Shown: positions 30,961 through 43,059, numbered from the stretch's first letter. The stretch is 64,000 bases of DNA from an uncultured Chloroflexia bacterium (GCA_963829105.1 CAWHHF010000022.1:586196-650195), one strand, 5' to 3'. The notes: generated by a model not told the origin, from the sequence alone. Translations and numbers: made by a program.

Positions 30961-31742
30961 ACGGGTTGCGCGCCGCGCTCGCCACCGAGTGGCTCAAGGC
31001 CCGCCGGTCCCGCGTCCCGTGGCTGGTCCTCGCCGGCTTCTCGCTGGTGCCGCTCGTCTGCGGCGTGTTCATGGTCATCCTCAAGGACCCGGAGGGCGCC
31101 CGGCGCCTGGGCCTGCTGGGCGCGAAGGCCCAGCTCGCTGCGGGAACCGCCGACTGGCCGACCATGCTCAGCATGCTCGCGCAGGCGGTGGCGGTGGGCG
31201 GGGCGATCCTGTTCGCCTTCCTCACGTCGTGGGTGTTCGGCCGTGAGTTCGCGGACCGCACCCTCCGCGGCCTCCTCGCCAGCCCCACGTCCCGCGGCGC
31301 GATCGTCGTCGCGAAGGCGGTCGTCGTGAGCGCCTGGGGGATCGCCATCACCGCCTGGATCGTCGTGCTCGGGTTCGGGGTCGGCCTGCTCGTGGGGCTA
31401 CCGGGTTGGTCCGACGCGCTGGCCGCCGCGTCGGTGCGAAACATCGTCGCCGCGGCGCTGCTCACGATCGCGCTCCAGCCCGTGACGGGCCTGCTCGCCA
31501 GCGCCGGACGCGGCTACATCGCCGGCCTCGCGTGGGCGGTCCTGACCATCGCCATCGCCCAGGTGCTCGCGGTCCTGGGCCTGGGCGCGACGTTCCCGTG
31601 GGCCGTCCCCGGGCTGATCTCGGGCGCGGCCGGACCCGGTGGGGGGACGCCGCCCGCGAGCGTCGCCCTGGTGCTGCTCACGGGTGCTGCAGGCCTCGTG
31701 CTCACCATCGCGTGGTGGCGCCGCGCGGACCACAGCGGCTAG
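30957..31742 (+). CDS. ABC-2 family transporter permease
   Basis: 261 aa with 6 predicted TM helices. GTG start overlaps the ATPase stop. Confidence 0.75.
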   Translation: MNGLRAALATEWLKARRSRVPWLVLAGFSLVPLVCGVFMVILKDPEGARRLGLLGAKAQLAAGTADWPTMLSMLAQAVAVGGAILFAFLTSWVFGREFADRTLRGLLASPTSRGAIVVAKAVVVSAWGIAITAWIVVLGFGVGLLVGLPGWSDALAAASVRNIVAAALLTIALQPVTGLLASAGRGYIAGLAWAVLTIAIAQVLAVLGLGATFPWAVPGLISGAAGPGGGTPPASVALVLLTGAAGLVLTIAWWRRADHSG

Positions 31743-32040
31743 CGGTCCCGGTCAATCGCCGTGAATTGATGGCCGAGTGTCCGGCGCCAGGCCGAGTCCT
31801 CCACCGCGGGCACCCGTCAAAGCCCCGAAGAACGTCATGTCAGGGACGGTCCTGTAGATTCCGCGGACGGCCGCACATCCTGGATGGCGCGTGAGGTCGC
31901 ACAGGGTCTGCGATGATCGGGTCTGGCAGCCGGAGGGGCAGACAGGTTGGATCGTCCGAATTCCGCGGGTCCGGGTCCGGTCGACTCGTCGATCGCCGGT
32001 CGCCGTCTGCACCTGAACACCTGGCGAAGACGGGGGCCAG

Positions 32041-33655
32041 GGTGAACCTCTTGAGCTCGCGTTTCCACGCTCCCACCGTCGAGCGGCTGCCCGGACGCCG
32101 CATCCGCGTGCTTCGCGAGACCGGTGGGACCCGGACCGAGCTCCGGCTTGATCGCATCGACGTCGTCATGCTGGCGGTGACGGTTGGGCTGTTCGCCTGG
32201 TCGGTCGCCGGCCTGGCCGACCCAGCCTGGCAGTTCGTCGCGGTGATTCCCTCGTACGACCTGGTGTTCGATACGGTGGGCCTGCTCGCGACGCTCGCCG
32301 TTGCCAGCCTCGCCTGGCTTCACTACCGCCAGAACCGCGAGCCGTTCAACCTGTTCGAAGCGTCAGCGTTCCTCGTGCTGGCGATCCCGAACGCGATGCA
32401 TCTCGCGGTCCTGATGACGGATCCCGATGTCGTGGCGGGCATGTCGCTCCTCGACCAGGGCCAGGCCCCGCTGTACGCGTTTCCGGTCGCCGGCATCACC
32501 GCCGCGGTTCTCCTCGTGTTCGGCACGGTTGTCTACCGCGGCGGCCGACGACCGAGGTTCGCGGCGGCGGTGATCGTGGCGCCGGCCGTCGTCGTGCTGG
32601 CCGAGCTGCTGGCCGTGGAGCTCGGGCACAACCTGGCGCCCGTGCTTGCCACCGCCGCGACCGGAGGTGGACCGGCCGGCAGCCGTCCGGTGGCGACCCC
32701 GCTCGCCACGATCCTCGGCGGGGTGGCGGCCGCGATGTTCCTTGTCGCCGCCATCCTCTCGCGCCGGAGCATCCGCCCATCGGGGAACGTCGGCCGGGCG
32801 TACCTGACGGTCGGGCTCACGTTCGCCGCGTTCGCGATGTTCGACGGCATCCTCGACCCGTCGTACGCCGGGCTCGTGAGCGGAGCGGACGTCCTGCGGC
32901 TGTCCTTCTACGTGGTCCTCCTGATCGGCCTCACGGTCGAGACCCATGCGACCCTCCGCGCCCTCGCGGAAGCCAACGAGTCCCTGGCACGGCTGAAGGA
33001 CGCCGAGGTCGAGCGCGCCGCCCTCGAAGAACGCGGCCGGCTGTCGCGCGAGCTCCACGACGGCCTCGCCCAGGAGCTGTGGCTGGCCAGGCTGAAGGCC
33101 GGCCGCCTGGCGACGGTGACGATCGCCGGCTCGGAGGCGGCCGTGCTGGCTGGCGAGCTCGTGGCGGCGATCGATACCGGGCTCGCCGACGCCCGCCAGG
33201 CGGTATCGGCTCTTCGACTCGGCGCTCCCGACGAGCACGTCACCCTGTGTGACCTGATGCGGCGGCTGGTCGACGACTTCGCCGACCGCTTCGGACTGCG
33301 GGCCGAGTACGAGTGCGACCAGCAGGTGCCGCGCCTGGATCCCCGCGGCGAAGCCGAGGTGCTGCGCATCGCCCAGGAGGCGCTCACCAACGTGAGGCGG
33401 CACGCCGACGCAACGTTCATCAGGGTGCGCCTCGAGGCCCACGAGGGCAGCCTCCTCCTGACCGTGCGGGACAACGGCAGGGGGTTCGACAGCACGGCGG
33501 TCGGCGGACAGGGCGTTGGCCTGCCGGGCATGCGCGAGCGGGCCGCCTTGATCCACGGCCGGCTCGGCGTCGTCTCGCGGCCCCAGGACGGGACGTCGGT
33601 CGTCCTTGAGGTGCCGGTGCCCGCGGGCGCCCCGAGCGGGCCGACCGCCCGGTGA
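32041..33655 (+). CDS. sensor histidine kinase (NarL/HisKA_3 type) with multi-TM sensor domain
   Basis: About 6 N-terminal TM helices. ERGRLSRELHDGLAQELW (H-box), LRIAQEALTNVRRHA (N-box), VRDNGRGF, GQGVGLPGMRERAAL (G-boxes). Confidence 0.8.
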
Positions 33656-34317
33656 GCCCGACCGTCGCGCCCGGGAAGGTGCTCGTGATGATCGTGGACG
33701 ACCACCCGCTCGTGCGGGCTGCCGTTCGCCAGGCGATCGCCGCGCCCGACGTGGAGATGGTCGCCGAGGCCGCGACCGCGGAGGACGCCCTCCGGGTGGC
33801 CCCCGAGGTGCGGCCGGACGTGCTCCTCGTGGACATCGACCTGCCCGGGATGAACGGCCTGCTCCTCGCGCGCGAGCTCGCTCCGCGCCTGCCGGGGACC
33901 CGGATCGTGATGCTGACGGCATCGTCCAGCGAGCGCCACCTGGTCGAGGCGATCCGCGCGGGGGCGAGCGGCTACCTGACCAAGGACCTGGCGCCGGAGG
34001 CCCTTCTGCGGGCCGTGCGGGGAGCTCATCGCGGCGAGCTCGCCGTCGGCCGGCGCATGAGCGCCCGCCTCGTTCGCCACCTCGTCGACGCGTCCCGCGC
34101 CGGCGGCAGGAGTGAAGACGACCAGGAGTTGGACACGCTGAGCTCCCGCGAGCGCGAGGTCCTCCGGCTGCTCGCCGACGGGCTCACCGATCGCGAGATC
34201 GCGGAAGCCCTGACCCTCTCGCCGCGGACGGTCGAGACGCACGTGGGCAGCATCCTCCGCAAGCTCGGGGCACGGAACCGCTCGGAGGCGGCGCGCCGCT
34301 ACCGGGCGCTGGCCTGA
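33652..34317 (+). CDS. response regulator, NarL/LuxR family
   Basis: VLVMIVDDHPLVR...LLVDIDLPGMNG (REC) and LSSREREVLRLLADGLTDREIAEALTLSPRTVETHVGSILRKLG (LuxR HTH). GTG overlaps the histidine kinase stop. Confidence 0.9.
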   Translation: MSPTVAPGKVLVMIVDDHPLVRAAVRQAIAAPDVEMVAEAATAEDALRVAPEVRPDVLLVDIDLPGMNGLLLARELAPRLPGTRIVMLTASSSERHLVEAIRAGASGYLTKDLAPEALLRAVRGAHRGELAVGRRMSARLVRHLVDASRAGGRSEDDQELDTLSSREREVLRLLADGLTDREIAEALTLSPRTVETHVGSILRKLGARNRSEAARRYRALA

Positions 34318-34335
34318 AGGTGGGCGGGGCGTGGC

Positions 34336-34839
34336 TCAGGCGCGGGCGGCCGCCCGAGCCGCGGCGATCTCGACGCGGAGGAGGCGTGGCGATTCCGCGT
34401 CCAGGGTGATCCCCGCGCCACCGCGCGTCACGAGGAGCAGCCGCTCACCGCACACCAGCACGTCATCGATGTCGTCGAGTGCGATGCCGGTCTCGACCTC
34501 GCCAAGCAGCTCCAGGCGGGCCGAGGTGAGGTACAGATCACCGCGGAGGCCCGGCCCTTCCAGCCTTGAGGGGTCCTGGCGGCGCTCCCACCGGATCGCC
34601 CGGCGGATCGCGAGGAGCACCTCGCCGGGCCGCAAACGCCGGGTGATCGCGTCGTCGGGCTCGAGCTCGACCATAGGCTGGCCGCGATAGCGGGACCGGG
34701 CTTCCTCGGCGGCGCTTTCGTCCTGTGGCGGGGTGACGGGATCCTCGCGGCTGTGGCGCGGAAGAACCGGCTCCTCGTCGTGCTCGGGTGGGGAGGAGCC
34801 GGACGGAGGCCGCGCGAACGTCCGGCGGGAGTCGTCCAT
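34336..34839 (-). CDS. hypothetical protein (possible PH-like domain)
   Basis: 167 aa ORF convergent with the response regulator. Pro/Glu-rich N-terminus. Confidence 0.35.
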   Translation of the reverse strand: MDDSRRTFARPPSGSSPPEHDEEPVLPRHSREDPVTPPQDESAAEEARSRYRGQPMVELEPDDAITRRLRPGEVLLAIRRAIRWERRQDPSRLEGPGLRGDLYLTSARLELLGEVETGIALDDIDDVLVCGERLLLVTRGGAGITLDAESPRLLRVEIAAARAAARA

Positions 34840-35091
34840 GACCCCGAGAACCTACCACCTGAGCGTTGCGGTCAGTCTCAGGGGAACCACGGAGTCGGGT
34901 ACCGATCGCGGCCTCCGTAGCCAGCCCCGGCAAGTGGCGGACCCGGCGAGCGGTTGGCCGGTCACCTACACTCTCCTGGCCATCGGGTCGCCACCGGGTT
35001 CCTCGTGGCCGCGACCTGCGTGTTCGACCGAGGTGGAGACGGCAATGGAGTTCCGGCGGCGGATCAGGGGTCAGGCGGGGCAGTTCGCAGC

Positions 35092-36618
35092 ATGAGTCGA
35101 GGGCAGCGGGAGGGGCCGGGGCAGCCACGGCGAGTCTGGCCGGTTGTCCTCCTGACGGCCGTGCTCAGCGTCGTGGCCACGGCCGTGGCGCTCGGCGCCC
35201 TGGCGGTGGCCACGCGCGGCCCCGACCCGACGGGCTGCGACACGGTCGCCTGGAAGGCGATCCCGGACGCGGCCGCGCTGCCGTCGGGCTGGTCGATGGT
35301 GTCCAACCAGGTCTTCGTCGACAGCCTCAGCACATCGCTTGCCGGCCCGACGCCGTCGGGCTCGACCGAGCGGCAGGCCGCGTTCGCGGGGGTCAGCTGC
35401 TTCGGGAGCGATGCCGGCCTCGCCCTTCGCCGGGCGCATGAGGGTGCCCTCGCCGCGGGCGGCGCCGACGTCTCGTTCGCGACGGTCGGGGACGAGTCGT
35501 TCGTCGTGTTCAGCCCCGCGGCCTCCACGACGACGCTGTACTTCCGGCGCGGGCCCCTGGTCGCGGACCTGACCGCCTCCACGTCCGTGGACCGGCCCAC
35601 GCTCGAGGCCGTCGGCCGCGCGGTGGATGGGGCCATGGTCCGATCGCTGGCGGTGAGCGCCGACGCCGCTCCACTGCCCCTGCCATCCTCGACCGGTCCG
35701 GCAGCCTCCGTCGGGCCGGCCGACGCGAGCCCGGCCACGTCCCCGGGGAGTCCGGCTCCGAGCGCGAGCACCGCCGTGGAGAGTCACGACGCGCCCGACC
35801 TCGAGCGACTGCTGCCGTCCCTCGTCGGCACGACCTCCCTGGCGACCCAGAGCGTGCTCGGGACCACCGCCCTCGGGACCGGCGAGGCGAGCCAGGCGCT
35901 CCAGGCATCGCTCAAGAACCTCGGCAAGACGCCCGCGGATCTCCAGATCGCCGGGGCCTACGATCCTACGGGCGCGCTCGACCTGCGCCTCTTCGCGTAC
36001 CGGGTCGCGGGTGTCGACACGACCGAGCTGGCGAGGGCAGTGATCGAGAGCCAGCTGTCGAACACTGCCGCCCAGGCGACGAGCTCGCAGGTGACGATCG
36101 GGGACCACGCGATCACGAAAATCTCCTACGCGCAGGGCTCGCCGGCGTACGTCTACGTGCTGAACGGGGTCGTGTACGTGATCCAGACCGGCGACACGAG
36201 CCTCGTCTCCACCGTGCTCGGCTCTCCTGAAGTAGCTCCGAGGGTCGGCTCGACGAGCCGTGCCGCGGGGCCTGGCGCCGGTCGGGGCGACCGCAGGCAG
36301 CCGCCGGCACCGCGGTCCCGGGCGACGGTACGGAGCGCGCAACCCGTACCGCAGTCCGTAGTAGTCCTGATGGCCGGCAGCGGTCCGGCCAGTACGGTGC
36401 CCTCACAACGGCGCGCGTGCCCATGCGTCCCCTCGTGCGCTGCCGCCGGTCTACTGGGCGAGTGCCACCACGGTGGGAGGATGCGGATGACGGGAGCCAG
36501 GCCTTCCTGCGTACCGAAGGACAAGGCGGCACCGCCCGGCCGCCCCAGCAAGGCCAGGCTCGTGATGCCGGGCTCCGCCACGGCGGGGCCAGCGCTCCGG
36601 CCATCTGCGCGTCACTGA
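35092..36618 (+). CDS. hypothetical membrane-anchored secreted protein (3' end uncertain)
   Basis: MSRGQREGPGQPRRVWPVVLLTAVLSVVATAVALGALAV TM anchor followed by a Ser/Thr/Ala-rich domain. The sequence after about 36250 looks out of frame or low complexity. Confidence 0.45.
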   Translation: MSRGQREGPGQPRRVWPVVLLTAVLSVVATAVALGALAVATRGPDPTGCDTVAWKAIPDAAALPSGWSMVSNQVFVDSLSTSLAGPTPSGSTERQAAFAGVSCFGSDAGLALRRAHEGALAAGGADVSFATVGDESFVVFSPAASTTTLYFRRGPLVADLTASTSVDRPTLEAVGRAVDGAMVRSLAVSADAAPLPLPSSTGPAASVGPADASPATSPGSPAPSASTAVESHDAPDLERLLPSLVGTTSLATQSVLGTTALGTGEASQALQASLKNLGKTPADLQIAGAYDPTGALDLRLFAYRVAGVDTTELARAVIESQLSNTAAQATSSQVTIGDHAITKISYAQGSPAYVYVLNGVVYVIQTGDTSLVSTVLGSPEVAPRVGSTSRAAGPGAGRGDRRQPPAPRSRATVRSAQPVPQSVVVLMAGSGPASTVPSQRRACPCVPSCAAAGLLGECHHGGRMRMTGARPSCVPKDKAAPPGRPSKARLVMPGSATAGPALRPSARH

Positions 36619-36630
36619 CAGAGGGACAGC

Positions 36631-39600
36631 ATGAAGTCGCGTCTCGTTTCGCTCGTCGCCGCCATCCTGGTGCTAGGGTCGTCCGTCGCGCCGGCCTATG
36701 CGGCCAACCCCACCCCGACCCCAGCCCCCACACCTGTGACGAAACCGGCCCAGCCACCCGAGAAGCCGCCGAAGGGCGGCACGATGCCGATGGGTCCGAA
36801 GCAGGTGATGACCGCCGCGCAGATGATGGCCGGAATGGTCACCAACGCGGACCGCCAGGCGGCCGCCAAGCGCGCCGCGGCGAAGGGTCTCGTGCCGGCC
36901 ACGCAGAGCATCAAGACGGGCGCCAAGGCGAACGCGGCAGGCGCCAAGTCGATGGCGAAGGCCGCCCTCACCGGCCCCGACTACTTCGGCGCGTTCCCGA
37001 ACTACGCCAACAGCCCGCTGCCGGCCGGCCCCGTCGTCACCATCTCGGGCGGCGGCGCCACGACCGACGCAACGGCGGTCGCGACGCCCGGCGCCAACGG
37101 CACCATCACCGGCTTGACCCTCACCAGCGGCGGTGCCGGCTACACCACGGCCCCCAGCGTGGCCATCACGGGCCCGGCGGGCTCAACCGGCGCCACCGCC
37201 ACCGCGACGATCAGCACGGACGCGGTCGGCTCGGTTGCCGTCACCGGCAACGGCAGCGGGTTCTCGGCACCCGCCGTGATCTTCGGCGGCCCCGGTACTG
37301 GTGCTGCCGCGGACGCCACGGGCGCCGTCGACGCCGTCACCCTCGGGACGCACGGCGCCGGCTACACCACGCCGCAGGTCGTGTTCACCAACGCCCCGCC
37401 CGCCACGGGCGCCGCGGCCACGGCTTCGGGCGGCGTCGACACCATCACGGTCACGAACCCGGGTACCGCCGCCTACACCGCCCCCGTCGTGACGATCGAT
37501 GCTCCGCCCGCTGGCGGCACGCAGGCCACCGCGACGGCCGCGATCGACGGAACCGGCGCGATCACCGGCTTCGTCGTCACGGGCGGCAGCGGCTACACCG
37601 CCGCACCGAACGTCACGATCGCCGACACGGCCCCGGGCACCGGCACGGGCGCCACCGCGAAGGCCACGATCGACATCAGCGCGCTGGCGCTCAGCGCGAG
37701 CGGCGGCAACTACGCGACGGCCCCGGCCGTCCAGATCAACGACGCTGGCGGCACGCCGACCACCGTCGCTACCGCGACCTCGACGATCAACGTCACGACG
37801 ATCACCATGACCGCGGCGGGCAAAGGCTACACGACGGCCCCGAGCGTCACGGTCGTCGACGTCCCCAATGGCGCCGGCACGGGCGTCGTGGCGGCGGCCA
37901 CGGTCACCGGCGTCGTGAACGCCCTGACCCTCGGTGCCGGCGGTTCCGGCTACGTCAGCGGCGGCATCCGCAAGTTTGTGGACACGCTGCCCGGCCTCGA
38001 CCCCACGAAGCCCAATGACCTCGGCCAGTACATCCCGGTCGCCGTTGCCGACACGACGACGTTCCCCAACGCCGACTATTACGAGATCGCTGTCGTCCAG
38101 TATCGCGAGCAGATGCACGCCGACCTGCCGGCGACGCTCCTCCGCGGGTACGTGCAGATCTCCACGTCCGTCGTGCCCGGCGCCCACGTCCAGCTGTTCA
38201 ACGAGAACCTCGACGGCACCAAGACCGCGATCCTCCGCAACGGCCAGCCCGTGTACGCCGTCGACAAGCCGTCCTACCTTGGCCCGATCATCGTCGCCCA
38301 GAAGGACCACGCGACCCGGATCAAGTTCGACAACTTCCTGCCGACCGGGGTCGCGGGCGACCTGTTCATCCCGGTCGACACGACCGACATGGGCGCCGGC
38401 ATGGGCCCGGTCGATACGAGCGGCAACCCGTGCGATCCGGCGACGGGCGGCACCTGCGCGAGCTACACCGAGAACCGGGCGACGCTCCACCTGCACGGTG
38501 GGTTCACCCCGTGGATCAGCGACGGCACGCCGGACCAGTGGACGACGCCCGCCAACGAGACCACGAAGTACCCGACGGGCGTGAGCGTCTCCTACGTGCC
38601 GGACATGTGGTTCGACGCTAACGGCAACCCGGTCCCCGCCGGCACGGCGGGCGCCTCGAATGACCCGGGCGACGGCTCGCTGACGTTCTACTACACGAAC
38701 CAGCAGAGCGCCCGGCTGATGTTCTACCACGACCATGCGTACGGGATCACTCGGCTCAACGTGTACGCGGGCGAGGCCGCCGGCTACATCCTCCAGGACC
38801 CGGTCCTCGACTCCAACTGGACGTGCACGATCCTCGGCTCCTGCGTCGCCAACACGAACAGCCTGGTCAGCAAGAAGGTCATCCCGGCGACCCAGATCCC
38901 GCTGATCATCCAGGACAAGACCTTCGTCCCCGACACGGCGCAGCTCGCCAAGGAGGATCCCACCTGGGACAGCGGCGCGTACGGCGGGCTCGGCAACCTC
39001 TGGTTCCCGCACGTCTACATGCCCAACCAGAACCCGGCCGACCCAGGTGGCGCCAACGCCATGGGTCGCTGGGACTACGGGCCCTGGTTCTGGCCGCCGT
39101 ACACGGGCCTTGCGAATGGCCCGGTTGCGAACCCCAACGCCGGCCCGAGCGCACCCTGGGAGAACTCTCAGAACCCCGGCACCCCCAACCCGTCGCTCGT
39201 CCCCGAATCGTTCATGGACACGCCGGTCGTCAACGGCACGGCCTACCCGGTCCTGAACGTCGACCCGACGTCCTACCGGTTCTCGATCCTCAACGCCGGC
39301 AACGACCGGAACCTCAACCTGTCGCTGTGGCAGTCCGCGGCGAGCTTCGGGACGAACGGCACCAACGGCGTCCCGAACTCCGCGATGTGGACCGGCAAGA
39401 CCCTGAACAACGCGGACTTCGGCGAGGTCCCGATGGTCCCCGCCGTCGCGGGGAACGCCAGCACGGCCGGCTACACCAAGCCCGACCAGCTCGACGGCCG
39501 CGCGGGCGGCGTCCCTGATGCACGCGCAGCCGGCCCGAGCATGATCCAGATCGCGTCCGAGGGCGGTGTCCTGCCGGCCCCGGTCGTGCTGACGAACGGT

Positions 39601-42600
39601 CCCGTCGGCTACAACTACAACCGGCGCGACATCGTCGTCCTGAACGTCTCCAACAAGACCCTGTTCATGGGCCCGGCCGAGCGCGCCGACGTCATCGTCG
39701 ACTTCTCCCAGTTCGCCGGCAAGACCCTCCTGCTCTACAACGACGCCCCGGCACCGGTGCCGGCGTTCGACACCCGGTATGACTACTACACGGGCGACCC
39801 CGACCAGACCACGACCGGCGGCGCCCCCACCACGCTCCCGGGCTACGGCCCGAACACCCGGACGATCATGCAGATCGTGGTCTCCGGTGGAGCGCCCGCA
39901 CCGACGTTCAACCTCGCCCTCCTGCAGAGCGCGTGGAAGGGCCTCGCCGGCGCCTACGCGATGTCCCAGGACAAGCCGATCGTTCCCGAGCTCGGCTACA
40001 ACTCGGCCTTCCCCGGGATTGCCGCGAACAACGCCTACTCCCACATCACCGATCATTCGCTGTGGATCGGCAACCCGGTCAACGGCATCCAGCTCCTGAC
40101 GGGCGGCACCGGCTACACGAGCGCGCCGGCTGTGGGCTTCGTTGGAGGCGGCGGCACCGGCGCCGCGGCGACCGCCACGGTGACCGGGGGTGTTGTGACC
40201 AGCGTCGTCGTCGATTCCAAGGGCACCGGCTACACCAGCGCCCCGGTGATCACCTTCACCGGGGGTGGCGGCAGCGGCGCGAGCGCCGTCCCCATCGGCT
40301 GGATGATGCATGCAGCCGAAGGCGATCCAGGAGCTGTTCGAGACGCAGTACGGCCGGATGAACGCCACGCTCGGCTTCGAGCTCCCGTTCACCAGCGTCA
40401 CCACCCAGACGACCATCCCGATGGGCTACGCCGAGCCCACCACGGAGATCATCTCGCCGTCCGACCTCGGCACCCCGATCGCGACGCTGGGCGACGGCAC
40501 CCAGATCTGGAAGATCACCCACAACGGCGTCGACACCCACACGATCCACTTCCACCTGTTCAACGTCCAGGTGATCAACCGGGTCGGCTGGGACGGCGCC
40601 ATCCGGCCGCCCGACGCCAACGAGCTGGGCTGGAAGGAATCGGTCCGGATGAACCCGCTGGAGGACGCGATCGTCGCCCTCCGGCCGACCCTCCCCGTCC
40701 TCCCGTTCAAGATCCCGGACAGCCAGCGGCCGATCGACGTGACCCGGCCGACCACGGCCATCGATCAACACCTTCGACCCGACCACCGGTAACGCCGTCA
40801 CCGTCATGAACGAGGTGACCGACTTCGGGTGGGAGTACGTGTGGCACTGCCACCTGCTCGGCCACGAAGAGAACGACATGATGCGGCCGATCAAGTACAC
40901 CGTGTCGCCGTTTGTCCCGACGGCCCTACGGCGGCCAACCAGAATTCCCGGCGCCCTGCCAACACCCGCCCTATCAGCAGGTCAAGCTGGACTGGACGCA
41001 CGTCTCCGCGACCTACCCGAAGACGACGAACTTCGTCGTTCGGCGGGCCACGGACGCGGGGTTCACGCAGAACGTCACGATGTTCGGCCTGCAGCCGACG
41101 CCGCAGACGGCGCCGACGATCACGCTGACCCGACCTTCACCGACAAGACCGTGGCCAACGGCACCCAGTACTGGTACGAGGTTCGTGCCGAGAACTCCGT
41201 CGGCTACTCGGCGTGGTCGGCGAGCGCCACCGTCACGACGGCTGCGGGTCTCAACGTGACCGCCTCAAGCGCGACGATCACCTACGGGCGCCTGTCCCGA
41301 CGATCACGCCCAGCTACGCCCGGCCATCCCGCGCCGGGCGCCGTCGCTGATTTCCACGGCGCCGGTCTGCACCACGACCTACACGCAGGGTCGCCGGTCG
41401 GGCACCTACCCGACCACCTGCACGGGCCCCGCGTTCCGATCCGGCACTACCTCTTCATCACCTACTTCCAGGGACTGATCACGGTCACCCCGGCGCCGCT
41501 GACCATCACCGCCCCGAGCGGCACGTATCCCTTTGGCGGCCCGGTGCCGGCTCTCGCCCCGACCTATACCGGGTTCGTGAACGGTGACACGCCGGCTTCG
41601 CTGACGGGCACCGTCACCTGCACCCCGACCTTCACGACCACCACCGCAGCCGGGACCTACCTCACCACCTGCAGCGGCGCGACGAGCACGAACTACACCA
41701 TCACCTACGTCCCCGGCTCGGTCACGGTGACGCCAGTGGCCTTGGTCATCACCGCCTCGAGCGTCATCTCCACCGATGGTCTACGGCGCAGCCCGGTCCC
41801 GTTGATCATCCCGAGCTACGCGGGCCTCGTCCCGGTGACACTGCGCCGGCGACGCCACCAACCTGCTCGACGACGGCCATCATCACCTCGCCGTCGGGCA
41901 CGTACGCTGTCGAGCTGCTCGGGAGCGGTCGACCCCAACTACACCATCACCTACGTCCCCGGCGTGGTCCATGTGACCCAGGCTGCCCTCGCCATCCCGC
42001 GCCAAACGGCACGATGGTCTACGGCGGCCCGGCGATCTCACGCCGACGACCTACGTCGGCTTCGTCAACGGTGACACGGCCGCAAGCCTGACGAGCCGCG
42101 CCAGCGTGCACGCCGGTCATCACCTCGACGACACCGGTTGGCTCGTATATCACCGGTTGCTCCGGCGCCGCCAGCCCGAACTACGTGTTCGTGTACATGC
42201 CGTGGGCCTCGTCACGGTGACCGCGGCCGCCGCGACCGTCACCGCGTCCAGCGCGACGATGGTCTACGGTGGGGCCGTTCCGGCGATCACCCCGACCTAT
42301 GGCGGTCTGCTGAACGGCACGACGGCTCCCGCCACGCTGCCGATCTGCTCGACCACGGCCACCAGCACCTCGCCGGTCGGCACGTACCCGTCGAGTTGCA
42401 CCGGGGCCGCTGATCCCAACTACACCTTCACGTACGTGGCCGGCACCGTCACGGTCACCAAGGCCGCTGCGACGACGGTCGTGACCAGCAACGTCAACCC
42501 CTCCGTCCACGGGCAGTCCGTGACGTTCACCGCCACGGTGACCCGGTCCAGCGCCGGTACGGGTGCCGTGCCCAGCGGCACGGTCCAGTTCAAGGTCGAC

Positions 42601-43059
42601 GGCGTCAACCTCGGCGGTGCCAGGACTCTCAACGCGGCCGGCGTCGCCACCATCGCAACGACCACGCTGACGACCGCGACGCACTCCGTCGTGGCCACCT
42701 ACTCGGGGGACGTCCGCTACCTGGGCGGCCCGAGCGCGGCCCTCAGCCAGCGGGTCAACGCGGCCCGGACGACCACGACCCTCACCCTCACAACGCCGGT
42801 CAGCCGGCGGACGACGATCCGGTACACGGCGCGCGTCCGAGCCGTGGCACCGGGCGCCGGCACGCCGACGGGTACTGTCCGGTTCTACCGCGGCACGACC
42901 CTCATCGGCTCGGCGACGCTCTCGGGCGGCGTGGCAGTTCTCAACTACCGGAACACCAACCTCGCGACCGGCACGTACTCGATGCACGCCACCTACGTCG
43001 CCTCGACCAACTTCCTTACCAGCACCAGCCCGAACGTGAGCCAGCGAATCACCCCGTAA
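36631..43059 (+). CDS. giant secreted multicopper oxidase with N-terminal GGxGYTxAP repeats and C-terminal FN3/MBG/Ig-like repeats, interrupted by 6 or more frameshifts after 40290
   Basis: Signal peptide MKSRLVSLVAAILVLGSSVAPAYA. About 8 tandem about 42-aa repeats (TLTSGGAGYTTAPSVAITG...). MCO copper motifs HLHGG (38490), HDHAYG (38735), HTIHFHLF (40540), WHCHLLGHEENDMM (40850). Then FN3 (QYWYEVRAENSVGYSAWS), MBG-like repeats (TYxGFVNGDTxASLTG...TCSGAxxxNYTITYVPGxVTVT) and Ig-like repeats (41200-43059). Pieces lie in ORFs 36631..40809, 40310..40792, 40806..42074, 40912..41259 and 42106..43059. Confidence 0.7.

Noticed and set aside
36900-38000. N-terminal repeats of the MCO as DNA-level tandem repeats
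   Set aside because: The copies are diverged at the nucleotide level (protein-domain repeats), unlike the 147-bp Kelch array. Not reported as a DNA repeat feature.
37183-40416. 1077-aa minus-strand ORF opposite the multicopper oxidase; 823/570-aa ORFs 47182..48894 (+) opposite the cytochrome; 35071..36342 (-)
   Set aside because: These are high-GC antisense ORFs without motifs. The sense strands encode proteins with unambiguous signatures (MCO copper sites, 27 CxxCH).
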